Source: a virus. From it: a stretch of 64,000 bases of DNA. Every line of letters begins with the position of its first letter. Position 1 is the first letter of the stretch. Below the pieces are notes generated by a model that was given only the letters and a program-made list of their open reading frames with translations, was not told where the DNA came from and ran no database searches. A program made the translations under genes and the position numbers. Of this stretch, positions 27,732 to 38,577 are shown one piece after another. The DNA is taken from the IMG/VR virus record IMGVR_UViG_3300025030_000076, positions 1 to 64,000 of that record; one strand, 5' to 3'.

Positions 27732-28330
27732 TGCAAGCCTTCCTCAATAAATCGTTCTAATAATTGCGTTTGCGTCTGTTCATTTTCACACGTAATCATT
27801 ATTGAGAATTGCTCAGGTATATCTTCCGCTTGTCCGTTCGTTTGCTCTGTTACGCTTTTCAGCATCGCATCCAGCGCGCTCCCAAAGCTACGCGTGTTCA
27901 GGAGCATCTCGGTATCGAAGCCGACCGATGTTAGAACAGATGTGTCAATTCCACTTAGCAGGTCAATATCCCATGCACCGCCTCCAGCATTTGCTACCAG
28001 ATTCGCCCGCGTGCGCTTATCCGCGTCCCAGCCCGTTACCGCCCGGTATGCGAAGCGCCTGCCCTGGTACTCGAAGTGTCCGAGTAACGCGGTTCCGTCC
28101 GGTAGGGCAGGGTCAAAGCGTTCGGTGATGACCGGCGCTGTCTGCATCAGCGCCGCAACGTTGGAACGCTGGTTCCCGCCGATGACCTCATCAGTCTCAA
28201 GATCGTGGACGATTCCAGATAGATCGCCAAATTCCTGCATGGTTTCCTTTAGGCGCTTGGCTTGCGTCTTGGATAACTGGCGAGGGTTATTCGTGAATGG
28301 CCTCATTTGGTTTATTCTTCCCAAGTCCAT
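27710..28330 (-). CDS. ParB/Srx-like nuclease-domain protein
   Basis: NNPRQ..L..FGDLSGIV..IGGNQR. Confidence 0.75.
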   Translation of the reverse strand: MDLGRINQMRPFTNNPRQLSKTQAKRLKETMQEFGDLSGIVHDLETDEVIGGNQRSNVAALMQTAPVITERFDPALPDGTALLGHFEYQGRRFAYRAVTGWDADKRTRANLVANAGGGAWDIDLLSGIDTSVLTSVGFDTEMLLNTRSFGSALDAMLKSVTEQTNGQAEDIPEQFSIMITCENEQTQTQLLERFIEEGLQCRALIS

Positions 28331-28993
28331 GTTACCGTGTGTCCGGTGTCAGTCCTGGTCATGATGTAATTATAGGGAGGCACGTCCTCATCAGCGCAGG
28401 TGGTTGCGGGCTTCCAGAGGTCGTACTGCCTACGCATCATTAGCCAGGGCAGGACGTAGGCGGAGAGAAGGAGGCCGAGCAGGAAGGGGAGGATGCGTTT
28501 CATTTATATTTCATGCTTTCGACAAGTATAGTTATAACAAGCATTCCGAAGAGCCACAAACGGCAGCAAATCATTCGCATAACTGAACATCATTACAGCA
28601 CCGCCTCCGCATGACGAGCAGACGAAATCGCAAGGGTCACGCCACACGATAATCGTTTCCTCACCACAGCAATCACATTGATGCCATTCGCCACGCCGCA
28701 TTCAGCCTCACTCACTCGCGCCCATGTCCTGCTCACCATACAACGACAAGCGCCTGTCGGTTTCGTCGCCTGGATATGACTTGACTGTTACACGAAATCG
28801 CCTCCCGCCTACGTCATGAACGTGGTCATATGGCAGCGGGTCCAGATGCTGAGCAACCATCCGGGCTAGAAACTGAGCAGTCTCTTTGACAATGGACGTT
28901 CGGACGGTATCGGCTTCGCGGTCAGTCATTCAGCCTCTAAAATTAGAACAGATGTACATGACAAATGTCATACTTTTTTTAAGGTTGTGTCTA

Positions 28994-29021
28994 TTGACAT
29001 ATACCCGACGTCGGGTATAAT
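28994..29021 (+). promoter_or_regulatory. Sigma70 promoter with 20-bp palindromic operator
   Basis: TTGACA-16-TATAAT; TATACCCGACGTCGGGTATA at 29000-29019. Confidence 0.85.
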
Positions 29022-29051
29022 CCAATCATACACAGATAAGGAGATGACAAA

Positions 29052-29525
29052 ATGACGACAATAACAGCAAGCAGAATGATTAGCACAAATGGCAAGACAA
29101 TCAAAGTATCCCTGGAGCGCGGCACCTGGGACGAGGAAATCCGCCTGGATGGTATGCTCTGTGGAACCAAGACACACCCCATTGACAGAACCGAAATTGT
29201 TATCTACGACGCCAGCGGTAAGGCAGTTGCCAGCGGGAGCGGTTTGTCTGGCTTGAGTAAAGCCTATAATCAATATAATGAGGCCATAAAGCGAGGATGT
29301 ATCGGGATGGTTGGCAAGTGCTACCTCATGCCAGATACATATAATCTGATTGCTTCCGCCCTCGCAGAACTGGAAGCCGAGAATCCCAAGACCGCCGAGC
29401 AGATTGCGATTGTGTCCGGCAAAGCCATCGCCAAAGCCGAATACGATGCTTGGTATAACTCGGATGAGCAACGCGCCGCCCGTAAGTTTGAGCGCGAAAT
29501 GAATGACCCAAACAGCGATTATTAG
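29052..29525 (+). CDS. Hypothetical protein (moron gene 1)
   Basis: AAGGAG RBS, follows promoter. Confidence 0.75.
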   Translation: MTTITASRMISTNGKTIKVSLERGTWDEEIRLDGMLCGTKTHPIDRTEIVIYDASGKAVASGSGLSGLSKAYNQYNEAIKRGCIGMVGKCYLMPDTYNLIASALAELEAENPKTAEQIAIVSGKAIAKAEYDAWYNSDEQRAARKFEREMNDPNSDY

Positions 29526-29534
29526 GAGGACGAC

Positions 29535-30035
29535 ATGACCAAACACTATGACCCTTATGGTAACGAGTTGCGACCCTACTCTGTAAGGCAACCCTCTCAC
29601 CCACTGCTGCCAAACTTTGTGCCATCCGAAGTCGAGCCACACATCGCGGCTCTTGAAAAGGCTAATATATACAACGATCTTACCCAGGAGCAGCAAGCGA
29701 CCATTATCCGATTGATGCAACAAGCCTATCGCAATGGGCAAGCCCATCAGGGCGCTGAAAAGATTGACAATGATTGTGTATGGGTCAATGATGTGGGAAT
29801 GATTGAGCGCCAAGCAGACAACACCTGGATCGTCACTGGATACGACGCGGCGAAAGACGCCGAAATGATTCGGGCGCGTGACGCTGAACTTGGAATCGGG
29901 TACACCATCCAGCAATACAACGAGTGGTGCAAATCCTACGCCGCCCGCGCCCTGCGCGCAATCCCCTCTGAGACGCGTAGTGAACAAAGCCGAATCAACG
30001 GCAAACTCGGAGGCCGTCCCCGCAAAATCAAATAA
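29535..30035 (+). CDS. Hypothetical protein with C-terminal NGKLGGRP DNA-binding-like motif
   Basis: AGGAGG RBS; SRINGKLGGRPRK. Confidence 0.75.
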   Translation: MTKHYDPYGNELRPYSVRQPSHPLLPNFVPSEVEPHIAALEKANIYNDLTQEQQATIIRLMQQAYRNGQAHQGAEKIDNDCVWVNDVGMIERQADNTWIVTGYDAAKDAEMIRARDAELGIGYTIQQYNEWCKSYAARALRAIPSETRSEQSRINGKLGGRPRKIK

Positions 30036-30053
30036 CACTTCTCTTACTCCTCT

Positions 30054-30080
30054 GCCCCGCTCCGTGCGGGGCTTTTTATT
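30054..30080 (+). terminator. Rho-independent terminator
   Basis: GCCCCGC-tccgt-GCGGGGC-TTTTTATT. Confidence 0.8.
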
Positions 30081-30658
30081 TGTCTCATGCCGTCACCAAC
30101 TTGGACAGGTATCCAACCACACCATTTTTCGCCGCGTATGCTTGCGCCGCGTCCCAGCCGTTGGACCTCAGTATGCGCCGTACCTTGTTCATTTCGCGCG
30201 TGTGCATCGCCCGATACCGGGCGCATTTTTCCTTGTTGCGCCCGATCTTTTTCGCGCCGCCTGATTTGGCTTGTGTCATCGCCACACTCCGCTAATAAGG
30301 ATCGCCACGAACAGCAGAAACAAGAACACGTACCAGAGCCACCATTTGCCTTTATGATCGTCGTCTCTCATCTGTCTTTCTCTACCAGCAGTTTCAGAAA
30401 ATCAAGGATGCTTGTAATGACTGCATATCCATCAGCCCATGTTGACAAATACAGGATTTCAGGTTCTTTCTGGAACGCCAGATAGACTTGTACCTCATAC
30501 ATCGTCCCGTATTCACGGTCATCCGTTTTGAGTTCGATCTTTCGTATGTTCATTCATGCGCCTTTCTTTATCTCATAAAAAACGCCGGGTATAGGATTAT
30601 GGCAATAAGAATAAATGGAATAACAAACCTTAATATTCTTTGTGTTTTTCTGCTCATT

Positions 30659-30919
30659 TCATACGCCTTTCTTTACAATCTTCCACGCGTCGGAAACGTG
30701 ATTGAACATCGGTTCACTTCGCTTTCCAACGTACTCGATCAGCCCGCCTGCCAACCATCGCTTAATCATTCCCTTTGCCCTCACTCGTCCACAGTCCGCC
30801 CGGCCTGCAACCCGGTTAATGGTCAGTTCGTCATCAGCCAGTATCGGAGCGGATTCCTGCGCGATCAGGTTGTCAAGCAGACCGTAGAAATCGGCGAATT
30901 CCTTGACCTCTTTTTTCAT
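30659..30919 (-). CDS. Hypothetical winged-helix-like protein
   Basis: ORF in operon, helical pattern. Confidence 0.5.
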   Translation of the reverse strand: MKKEVKEFADFYGLLDNLIAQESAPILADDELTINRVAGRADCGRVRAKGMIKRWLAGGLIEYVGKRSEPMFNHVSDAWKIVKKGV

Positions 30920-30920
30920 G

Positions 30921-31520
30921 TCAATAAATCTTTTTCAGCGCCGGACGCGGGTCTGCATTCCACAAATAACGAAAAACGTTAGCATTAAGACGGACATCTC
31001 TCGAACAATGGTCTACAATTTCGTCCATTGATTCCTTGCGCTTTGCTTCCTTAGCCCAGATCGTTTCCCACCAATCGTGGGGGAAGATACTGGTCTTTAG
31101 CTGTTTGACATGCAGGAAATCCGCAACCATCGCCAACCCGCCGGACGGCTTTCCAAAACCATTCGGGATCGTGAGATAGCCGGTCCTGCGAAATGCCGTC
31201 AGCGTGTCATAAACCACTACCGGCTTTGTTTCCATGTCCCGCTGAAAGGCTCTGGACTTCAGGTATGGAATATCGTATCTGATTACATTGTGTCCAATCA
31301 ACACATCATATTTATCAAGCTCATCCATTACATCTGTCAGCAGCGCCTTTTCTTCGCGCTCCACTATTCCGTATTCCTTGCTCGCCTTGAAATCATATTG
31401 GTCGAGCCGAAATGATCTTGTCCTCTGGGTAGCCGTCGGCCTCACACAAACCGCCAATAGAATGCCCGCCCCAACTGCTCCCAAGCTCGTTGTTTCAATG
31501 TCGAAAACGCAGGAGTTCAT
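30921..31520 (-). CDS. DEDD 3'-5' exonuclease (RNase H-like)
   Basis: FDIET, GHNVIRYD, HCSRDV. Confidence 0.85.
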   Translation of the reverse strand: MNSCVFDIETTSLGAVGAGILLAVCVRPTATQRTRSFRLDQYDFKASKEYGIVEREEKALLTDVMDELDKYDVLIGHNVIRYDIPYLKSRAFQRDMETKPVVVYDTLTAFRRTGYLTIPNGFGKPSGGLAMVADFLHVKQLKTSIFPHDWWETIWAKEAKRKESMDEIVDHCSRDVRLNANVFRYLWNADPRPALKKIY

Positions 31521-31858
31521 TTGTTAAGGGGCACGGCCTCTATGGACGGCAAGCACAACAGGCAGTACCAGCCGTCTTTGCGCCAGATCAACGTCCTGTG
31601 TCTTGCGCCGCATTTGCAGCACTCATAAACACGGACATAACCGCTTGAATATACGTACATCTCAGCCTGCTTTCTCAATTTCAACCGTTCCGATTCGCAG
31701 CCCCCCCATGCTTCCATAATGAGATACGTACTGGTCACCCGTATCCACGACGACCATTCCATGTACAGGAACATTCAACAGAATGCGCCGCCCGCAAATC
31801 GGGCAGAACCATTCATCTGCACCATCTGACCGTGTAAACTCAAACTCCATTTCGTGTT

Positions 31859-32215
31859 TCAAAGCGGCATCCCTCCTGTGTATCCATTGTCCCTTGCCCA
31901 TGCGTCAATCGAGAGCGCCCAGGCCAGGGATACGACAACGGTGTCCGGGGTTCCTTCAAACGGTGAAACCAAATCGGCAAACAGGGTATTCCCGTTCCAA
32001 AGACATACATAATGCGCCTGAGGCGCACCATTTGGGGTGATGATGCCCCATGGGAAGCCCTTCCTATCGAATTCGATGGCATAGACAGGAAATTCTTTTC
32101 CCTGCGTGAGTTGTATTCCCACGAGATTCCCGTCCTGAGTAGAGTCGGGCGTGCCTCTTACGTTGAGTCGAAACGCTTTCAGACGATATGTACCTGGGAT
32201 GAAGTTATAAGTCAT
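31859..32215 (-). CDS. SH3-like domain protein
   Basis: LNVRGTP...WG pattern. Confidence 0.5.
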   Translation of the reverse strand: MTYNFIPGTYRLKAFRLNVRGTPDSTQDGNLVGIQLTQGKEFPVYAIEFDRKGFPWGIITPNGAPQAHYVCLWNGNTLFADLVSPFEGTPDTVVVSLAWALSIDAWARDNGYTGGMPL

Positions 32216-32236
32216 TTTATTCCTTGTTTATTTCAC

Positions 32237-33007
32237 TCACAATGCGAACTCCATTATCATTTGCTGTTGCGCCTGTTCGATGCGCTTCTCTGCAATTGCG
32301 AAGTAATTCTCTTCGCGCTCAATTCCGATAAAATCACGGCCAGTCTTTACACACGCCACGCCCGTAGTACCTGAACCCATGCAGAAATCCAAAACGGTAT
32401 CCCCTTCGTTCGTGTATGTCTTGATTAGATACTCGTACAGCGCGACGGGCTTTTGGGTGGGGTGTCCATTATTCTTTTTAGCCCAGCCATTACCAGTCCT
32501 AAACTCGATAATCGTTTTCGGGTATGAGTAATCGCTTCTAAACCCTGACCCGTTGACATGTTCCCCGTAAACACCTGCCTTGATAGGCTTGCCAACCCTT
32601 GTAAAATTATCGCCTGAGCGATGAGTATTTCCAGACTTCTTAAACTTTTGCGGGTTGTAGGTATATCCATTTTGAGAAAACACAATAATGTTTTCGTGTT
32701 GCTTTAGCGGTATTCTCTTAGCGTTCAAGAAACCCGTTGGTGTGTGTTTATCCCAAATCCATTCATGCCTAAACATTTTCATATTTGAGTTAATTAAAAT
32801 AGTTGTAAATGGCTGGCTTGCGGTCGTCACGAACGCACCCTTGCACAACCGCCTGACCTGCTCCCACATCGGCTCTAAGGGAATAATCACATCCCACTTG
32901 CAGGCCGTCGTGCCGTAGGGAACATCCGTGATAATCGCATCCACCGACCTTTCAGCCAGCATTGGCAGTATCTCAAGGCAGTCGCCAAGATGCAAGTCGA
33001 ATGTCAT
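32237..33007 (-). CDS. DNA N6A/N4C methyltransferase (beta class)
   Basis: DVPYGTT, HPTQKPV, DFCMGSGTT. Confidence 0.92.
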   Translation of the reverse strand: MTFDLHLGDCLEILPMLAERSVDAIITDVPYGTTACKWDVIIPLEPMWEQVRRLCKGAFVTTASQPFTTILINSNMKMFRHEWIWDKHTPTGFLNAKRIPLKQHENIIVFSQNGYTYNPQKFKKSGNTHRSGDNFTRVGKPIKAGVYGEHVNGSGFRSDYSYPKTIIEFRTGNGWAKKNNGHPTQKPVALYEYLIKTYTNEGDTVLDFCMGSGTTGVACVKTGRDFIGIEREENYFAIAEKRIEQAQQQMIMEFAL

Positions 33008-33164
33008 TGCAATCCAAAAAACCACAGCACCACGAGCGCCAGGCAGTCCAATAACAAAGCCACGAAAAAGAGCGGGTTCATGACCAGCGCCTCACACAAG
33101 GCACGTACATAGTCGCGGGTATCCTGCAACCATCTTTCAAAGCGGGACGGGACGCGGTAGTGTC

Positions 33165-33512
33165 TCATCGGTTCCATCCCACCGCCGCGGCAACGGCAAC
33201 GCCGAGACCATTTACAATATCGAACAGATTTGATTTCTTTTGCAACTCCCGAAAGTTTCCACCCAGGTTATCCATGTCGGCGATCAATTTCTCTATTCGT
33301 TTGGAGTTATCCAAACTGCGCTGTATCTGCTCCATGATGCCCCGGAAACGCTCGCTATCCCGGCTGTCACTTTTTTCCAGCACAGAGACGCGGCTCACTA
33401 ATTCGGTATGCCTTTCCTCATATCGCTTGTAAAAATCAGATTGATTTTGTATCATCACATCCATTAGCGTCTTGAGCGTTACAAGAATGTCATGATCGTT
33501 TTGGTCAGTCAT
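33165..33512 (-). CDS. Coiled-coil protein with C-terminal membrane anchor (lysis module)
   Basis: Heptad pattern, hydrophobic C-terminus. Confidence 0.55.
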   Translation of the reverse strand: MTDQNDHDILVTLKTLMDVMIQNQSDFYKRYEERHTELVSRVSVLEKSDSRDSERFRGIMEQIQRSLDNSKRIEKLIADMDNLGGNFRELQKKSNLFDIVNGLGVAVAAAVGWNR

Positions 33513-33760
33513 GATACAAGCCTCCCGATAACCGTCACCGTCTGGTCGGTATACGGTTCCTTCTCCAGTTTTTCCCCCAGCCAGTCATGGAATTTTTTCA
33601 TGTCATACGGAGTCAAATGCAATTCGTACGATGACCTGACCACGTCTATAGAGGCAGACGGCTCGAATACTATTGCGTCCACAAATAGCTTGAGCGGGAA
33701 ACGAACTATGTCGGTGTATTCCGTACTCCCATCGAATTCTGTTTTCTTGTTTTTATCCAT
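33509..33760 (-). CDS. Hypothetical protein
   Basis: ATGA overlap with downstream gene. Confidence 0.5.
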   Translation of the reverse strand: MDKNKKTEFDGSTEYTDIVRFPLKLFVDAIVFEPSASIDVVRSSYELHLTPYDMKKFHDWLGEKLEKEPYTDQTVTVIGRLVS

Positions 33761-34074
33761 AGTTCTATGTGGTCAAGCCCCGGCCATCACCTGTATCAGG
33801 CATGGAGTGAGTGTTGGCCGGGACGTTGACACTACATATATGCCAGGAGGTCGCGTTACTCCTCCAACCTTCGACGGCGATCAACCCGCCTCCAGCGCGG
33901 GCGGCACGTCGGCCGCCCCACAATACAAGCCAGTGGAAGCTACCCACTCGGTTCATGATCCCGCTACGCATCAGATTTGAACCTTCGGTTTCTGTCATGG
34001 CATAGGGTAATAACTGTCCCGCCGCGCCGCCCCGGAGAATAGATCGAGCCAGCGGCGCAGGCACGGGACGGGGG

Positions 34075-34275
34075 TTATTTGAAGCCGCGTAAGCCAACCT
34101 TAACAAGCCCATCGCGAACGAAAGGCTCGACGATCTCGATGCCCAGCTTCACCAGGACGTAGACCACAAAGGCAAGTAAGACCTCTTGTGAGACCGGGAA
34201 GTCCGGGAAGTATTGCACGATGATCCCGTATGCCAAACCAACCGCAAGGGCAATCAGAGTCAGACTAAGTTTCAT
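34075..34275 (-). CDS. Putative holin
   Basis: Two TM segments, basic C-terminus, AAGGAG RBS. Confidence 0.55.
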   Translation of the reverse strand: MKLSLTLIALAVGLAYGIIVQYFPDFPVSQEVLLAFVVYVLVKLGIEIVEPFVRDGLVKVGLRGFK

Positions 34276-34299
34276 GTTTACAATCTCCTTATTTATGTT

Positions 34300-34352
34300 G
34301 ATAAACAAAAAAAACACGTCGCAAAGACTCGGTTGAGTCTCTGCGACGTGTC
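34300..34352 (-). terminator. Rho-independent terminator upstream of the holin-like gene
   Basis: ACACGTCGCAGAGACTC..GAGTCTTTGCGACGTGT followed by a T-run on the minus strand. Confidence 0.75.
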
Positions 34353-34557
34353 ACTTACGTGAGAGGTCGCTTTGCGTCTACCAGGGGATTTTATTCGCGT
34401 GGCAAACGATATTCAATTAGCGTTCGGGCGTCCAGGTCGCTCATCTGTGCAATGACGACGCCGACTTATATATTCGCTCGGCCAACACGATTCCCTGCAC
34501 TACGTCTTAGTGGCGGGACGCCCTCGATGCGCCCGAACTACCAAAGAACATTATACA

Positions 34558-34827
34558 CTATTCCAGTAGTTTTGACAGTTGACCGGCGCTTCTTTTCAGA
34601 GCGCCAAAAAGTTTATTCAGCCGCGTATCATGCTCGGCTACTTTCTGCTCGATAAAATTCAAGTTCCTGTACCACTCCACCCCCTCTGGAATAACCATAG
34701 CCTGATTCTCTGGCCTGGCGTTAATCATTATCCTTCGGAAAAATTCACGCCGATACGTCGTGTCGATTTGTCGCAGCCAGTTCTCCTGGCTCTGTGTCAG
34801 TTGTGCTTCGCCCATATCGTGCTCCAA
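34558..34827 (-). CDS. Hypothetical protein
   Basis: ORF preceded by GAAC-N4-GTTC box. Confidence 0.55.
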   Translation of the reverse strand: MEHDMGEAQLTQSQENWLRQIDTTYRREFFRRIMINARPENQAMVIPEGVEWYRNLNFIEQKVAEHDTRLNKLFGALKRSAGQLSKLLE

Positions 34828-35095
34828 TGACGGATGGTTCCGCCCCGCTTAATCTAGACGTGATCGTCCTGCAAAGGCAACATTACAATTTCATTACTGA
34901 ACATTTGTTCACAAAGGATAATTAACTATCCAATATCGGGTCATTTGCGCTGCCTGTATTCTGCAGATGTAATTTCGCTGCCGGGCGGTATTCGTAATAT
35001 TTTGTCTACTTGCCCTATTCCGTGATAAGTTCCGTGTCTATGCCCGATAACGTAGCCAATCACCAAACCAATCAAAATGCCGATTAGTATTTCCA

Positions 35096-35473
35096 TTATT
35101 TCGCCTCGCACCCAAGCCCGTCATTGATACTCAAACAGCCCTGCCACACATACCCGGATGGTTCTGCAATGGAACACCATCTGTAATCATCTGCTTCCGG
35201 GTCAGTTCCACATCCCAGTACCGTCACCGCATCCCCGGCCTTGAGCGTCCCGATCACCGTACCGTCAGGAGTTTGTCTGACATTTACAGTAGGGGCAACG
35301 ATCTGCGCCATGTCCGGGGAGAGAGTCACAGTGGGGGAGGGGATAGGGGAGGGGGCCACGGTAAGCGTCTGAGTAATCGCGATTACAGCAGTGGGAATAG
35401 GTGTTGTCACGATCTGCCCGCAGGCAAGACTCGCCAGTACAAGCACCAGTATAAAAATACGGGCTTGAATCAC
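35096..35473 (-). CDS. Lipoprotein with SH3b domain
   Basis: LASLAC lipobox, Pro/Thr linker, VNVRQTP..W..GYV. Confidence 0.75.
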   Translation of the reverse strand: MIQARIFILVLVLASLACGQIVTTPIPTAVIAITQTLTVAPSPIPSPTVTLSPDMAQIVAPTVNVRQTPDGTVIGTLKAGDAVTVLGCGTDPEADDYRWCSIAEPSGYVWQGCLSINDGLGCEAK

Positions 35474-35850
35474 TCTTCCGCCAGTAGTTTTTCAATCAAT
35501 ATACTGGCGGGTTCATTGTCCACCAGTAGAATTCCATCCATGATAGAGAGAGTATGCCCAGGTAGTTCTGCGCTCCAGTATATTTTTCCGTTACCGCTTG
35601 CTTGTCGACTTGCCGGTAGTTCTGCCTTCAATGCCCTGAAATCTCCCATCATCACTTGCACCGCCAGTATTTTTGAAGCTGAGACTTCGGCGGTAGAAAT
35701 CAAGGATTCGTCCTTCATAGGGGCATCTATCAATACTAGTGATCCGCTTCTCTCTGCGGTAGATTCTACTGGGGCTAACGCGCTTTCTTTGCCCATTGGC
35801 GTAGGTAGTGTATATCCAGTAGATTTTTCCGGTCTTAATCCATCGTCCAT
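35470..35850 (-). CDS. Hypothetical protein
   Basis: GTGA overlap, RBS. Confidence 0.5.
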   Translation of the reverse strand: MDDGLRPEKSTGYTLPTPMGKESALAPVESTAERSGSLVLIDAPMKDESLISTAEVSASKILAVQVMMGDFRALKAELPASRQASGNGKIYWSAELPGHTLSIMDGILLVDNEPASILIEKLLAEE

Positions 35851-35997
35851 TTTGTTTCACCTTTCCGTAATAGAACTCAATGCTCGGTAGATTTTCAGCA
35901 TCGCCAGTATATTCTTCACCAGTAGTTTTGTAGGCTTCTTCGGCTTCTTCCGCCAGTATATTCGAAACTACTGGATATTCCTCTTCCGCCGCCTCAG

Positions 35998-36723
35998 CTA
36001 ACGGGCGGCGCGGGTAGGGTCCGCGTTTTGTCCGTTCATGAGCTCGCCATACATGCGGCGCATGTTCCCGCCGCTAATGTAGTCGAATTTCCCGCTAGCA
36101 ACTCTCATGAACGCGTCCCGATCCTTGAACTGCGCCTGGGCCTGCTGTCTGGTCATTCCGGCGCCGGCCAGGAACTCGTCGAGTGTGTGCTGCGGCTGTT
36201 GGTCGGTCTGTGTGTATGCGGGACGCTGATTAGAACCTTTGTTCTTGCCAATCCTGCCATCCTTATTTATATCCTTGCCTGATGCCTCTTCAATGATTTC
36301 AAATATTCGGTCACCAAACCAGTACAGCAGGAGAGCAAGACCGTGTACAAGCATAATAATTCGGATTGCCAAAATCATGAAGTCATAATCAGCAGGGGTA
36401 AGCGCCCAGCCCATCTTCTTCCAGCCTTCGATTTGCATCCCAAAACCTGCTGTTGCCAATTCTCCGATCAATCCAACGCCGGTCATAATCAAAGCAACCG
36501 TCTTTTGCAAGGAGGTTTCCGCGTCCTTCAAAAGCAAGTATAGGTATACAGCAAATGCGCCCATAGTCAGACCGAAAATCGTATAGGCGATATACCACTT
36601 GTCAGGAGGGGTGATGAAGTTGGCGAAATTCATCGTTTCTGATCCTAAAAGCGCAGCCACCATAACAGCAAGAACTATTTTTAGCGCCAACCCAATCCAT
36701 TTTGCCATCGTCATATCTTTCAT
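35998..36723 (-). CDS. Four-TM membrane protein
   Basis: Four hydrophobic helices, DINKDG motif. Confidence 0.7.
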   Translation of the reverse strand: MKDMTMAKWIGLALKIVLAVMVAALLGSETMNFANFITPPDKWYIAYTIFGLTMGAFAVYLYLLLKDAETSLQKTVALIMTGVGLIGELATAGFGMQIEGWKKMGWALTPADYDFMILAIRIIMLVHGLALLLYWFGDRIFEIIEEASGKDINKDGRIGKNKGSNQRPAYTQTDQQPQHTLDEFLAGAGMTRQQAQAQFKDRDAFMRVASGKFDYISGGNMRRMYGELMNGQNADPTRAAR

Positions 36724-38577
36724 GTCATTTCCTTTCCGTTATTCCTGCCAGCCATCTTCGCGATATCTTCGGCTTTCACACCGAACCGCGCCCCGATCTG
36801 GACGGGAGAATATCCCACCAGCACACGGTATTTCAGTTTCTTGCCGAATTTCTCTTCGAACTCAGTCTTGACGCGGGCGGCCTCCCATTGCGTCAAAGGA
36901 TTTTTTAAGTCCATAGTTTCTGCCTTTCTTTTTTATTTATTTTATCAAATCAAATTCCCCCTGTCAATCCCCGCGTGGCTCCTTCATCAGCCCGCCGCAG
37001 CGGGGGCAGGTGGTCATTTCGTAAAATCCGTGTCCCATTCCTCGACACGTATCTCCCACTTGTTGCGCCCGGTATGGACAATGGCAATGGATGCGTTTCC
37101 TTCGATGGTCACGCCTTCGGAAAACTTCGCGGCCTCTGCGTAGTTATTGGCCGTGACTTCCAAAACCGTGTATGCTTTGCTGTTTGGACGCTTGCCGGTT
37201 ATGTTTGCAGCCCCTTTGCCGGTCTTAGCTTTGCGTGTGTCTGTCACCGCAGGGGTCACGCGCTCGCGCTTGTCGTACGGATCGTCCAGGGTCAGCAACT
37301 CACAAGTTATTCCCACAATGTGCCGGAATATGCTCATTTGTGCCTTCCCGCGTCCCACCGAAGCAGGACGATGAACGCGAACAGCAGCACGTATGCCGCG
37401 ACACAAATCAAAACGGGGTCTATCATTTCAATTCCTTTCTATGTAATTGACTGATACGTCGCCGTGGCGCCGTGGCGACACAATAGGCCGCCCAAACAAC
37501 AGCGGCGGCAAGAAAACAAGCGGCGAGAATGAACGCAATCACGGCTCACGCTCCTTTTCTTCGCGGGCGTGGTCTGCCATCGCGCCCAGCCCAGCCGCAA
37601 GCAGCAGGAACCACACGAACAGCACACCTAAAACAAGTGCGGCAATGTAGATCATTTTGTCAGCCTTCCTTTCTCCTGCAACAAAGGCAGGAATATATTT
37701 ACAAACGTATCCCGCATCGCTTTCCATTCAGGACTACGTATGAGTTCAACCGTCACGCGCTGGCCTGTCACCTTCTCGAAGTCAAGCAGAAACATCGTCA
37801 TTAGGAGCGACTTATGCTTGCGCGTCTCAGTGGCGGGAAAGGGGGTGGTCATGGCTTCACCTTCCGGTAGTAGTTCCGGCTCGTCACGACCCGGTATTTA
37901 TCGCTCTCGAATTCCACCAGCGCCGAATTCATGCGCCGCCCAAACACAATCACCCTGCAACGCTCCCCGAAACGCTCAGGCAGGCGGGTATGCACGCGCC
38001 AGTAATACGGGTATATCATTTGCCACGCAGCAGTCTTTCCGCCGCCTCGCGGCAGACTCTAGCCATACCGAAGTCGCCGCATTTCTCGTACAACTGCGCG
38101 GCGACAATGTAGTCAGTCGCCAGCCCGCTTTTCTGCGCGGCTTCATGAGCGGCATCCGCTTCCTTGTGCAGCATTGTTTCATATCGGGCTATGTTCATGC
38201 CAAACTCCTTTCTCGGAACGTGCGCCCGTCACGCACAAAACCGGCCTGACGAACGCCGCCGATCTTCTTCGTGAAAATAGGGTAGACATTTTCTTTGTAT
38301 TCCTTCCAGCGGCGATTGTTGCGGCATCTGAGACACTTCCCATTTATGTAGTCCGCATGGAAGCACTTGTGGACTGTACTTCGTTTTTGTTTTGCGGGAG
38401 GCATGTCAATCCTTACTTTCTGGCACTAAAAGGTACAGCGCCTTGATGATCTGCGACTGGAACAGGTAGCATCCGGTCTTGCCTTGCGCTATCTGCGCGG
38501 CTTCCGCTTCGTCGTGAACCAGAAACCATCTGTGCCAGCCGTGCGGTAAATCCATCGTCGTGTGTATCGTTGCCATT

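Noticed and set aside
28968-30038. 356-aa minus-strand ORF
   Set aside because: Shadow of two plus-strand genes that have RBSs, a promoter and a terminator.
33960-34000. tRNA (GGTTCAAATC on minus strand)
   Set aside because: No acceptor, D or anticodon arms could be built.
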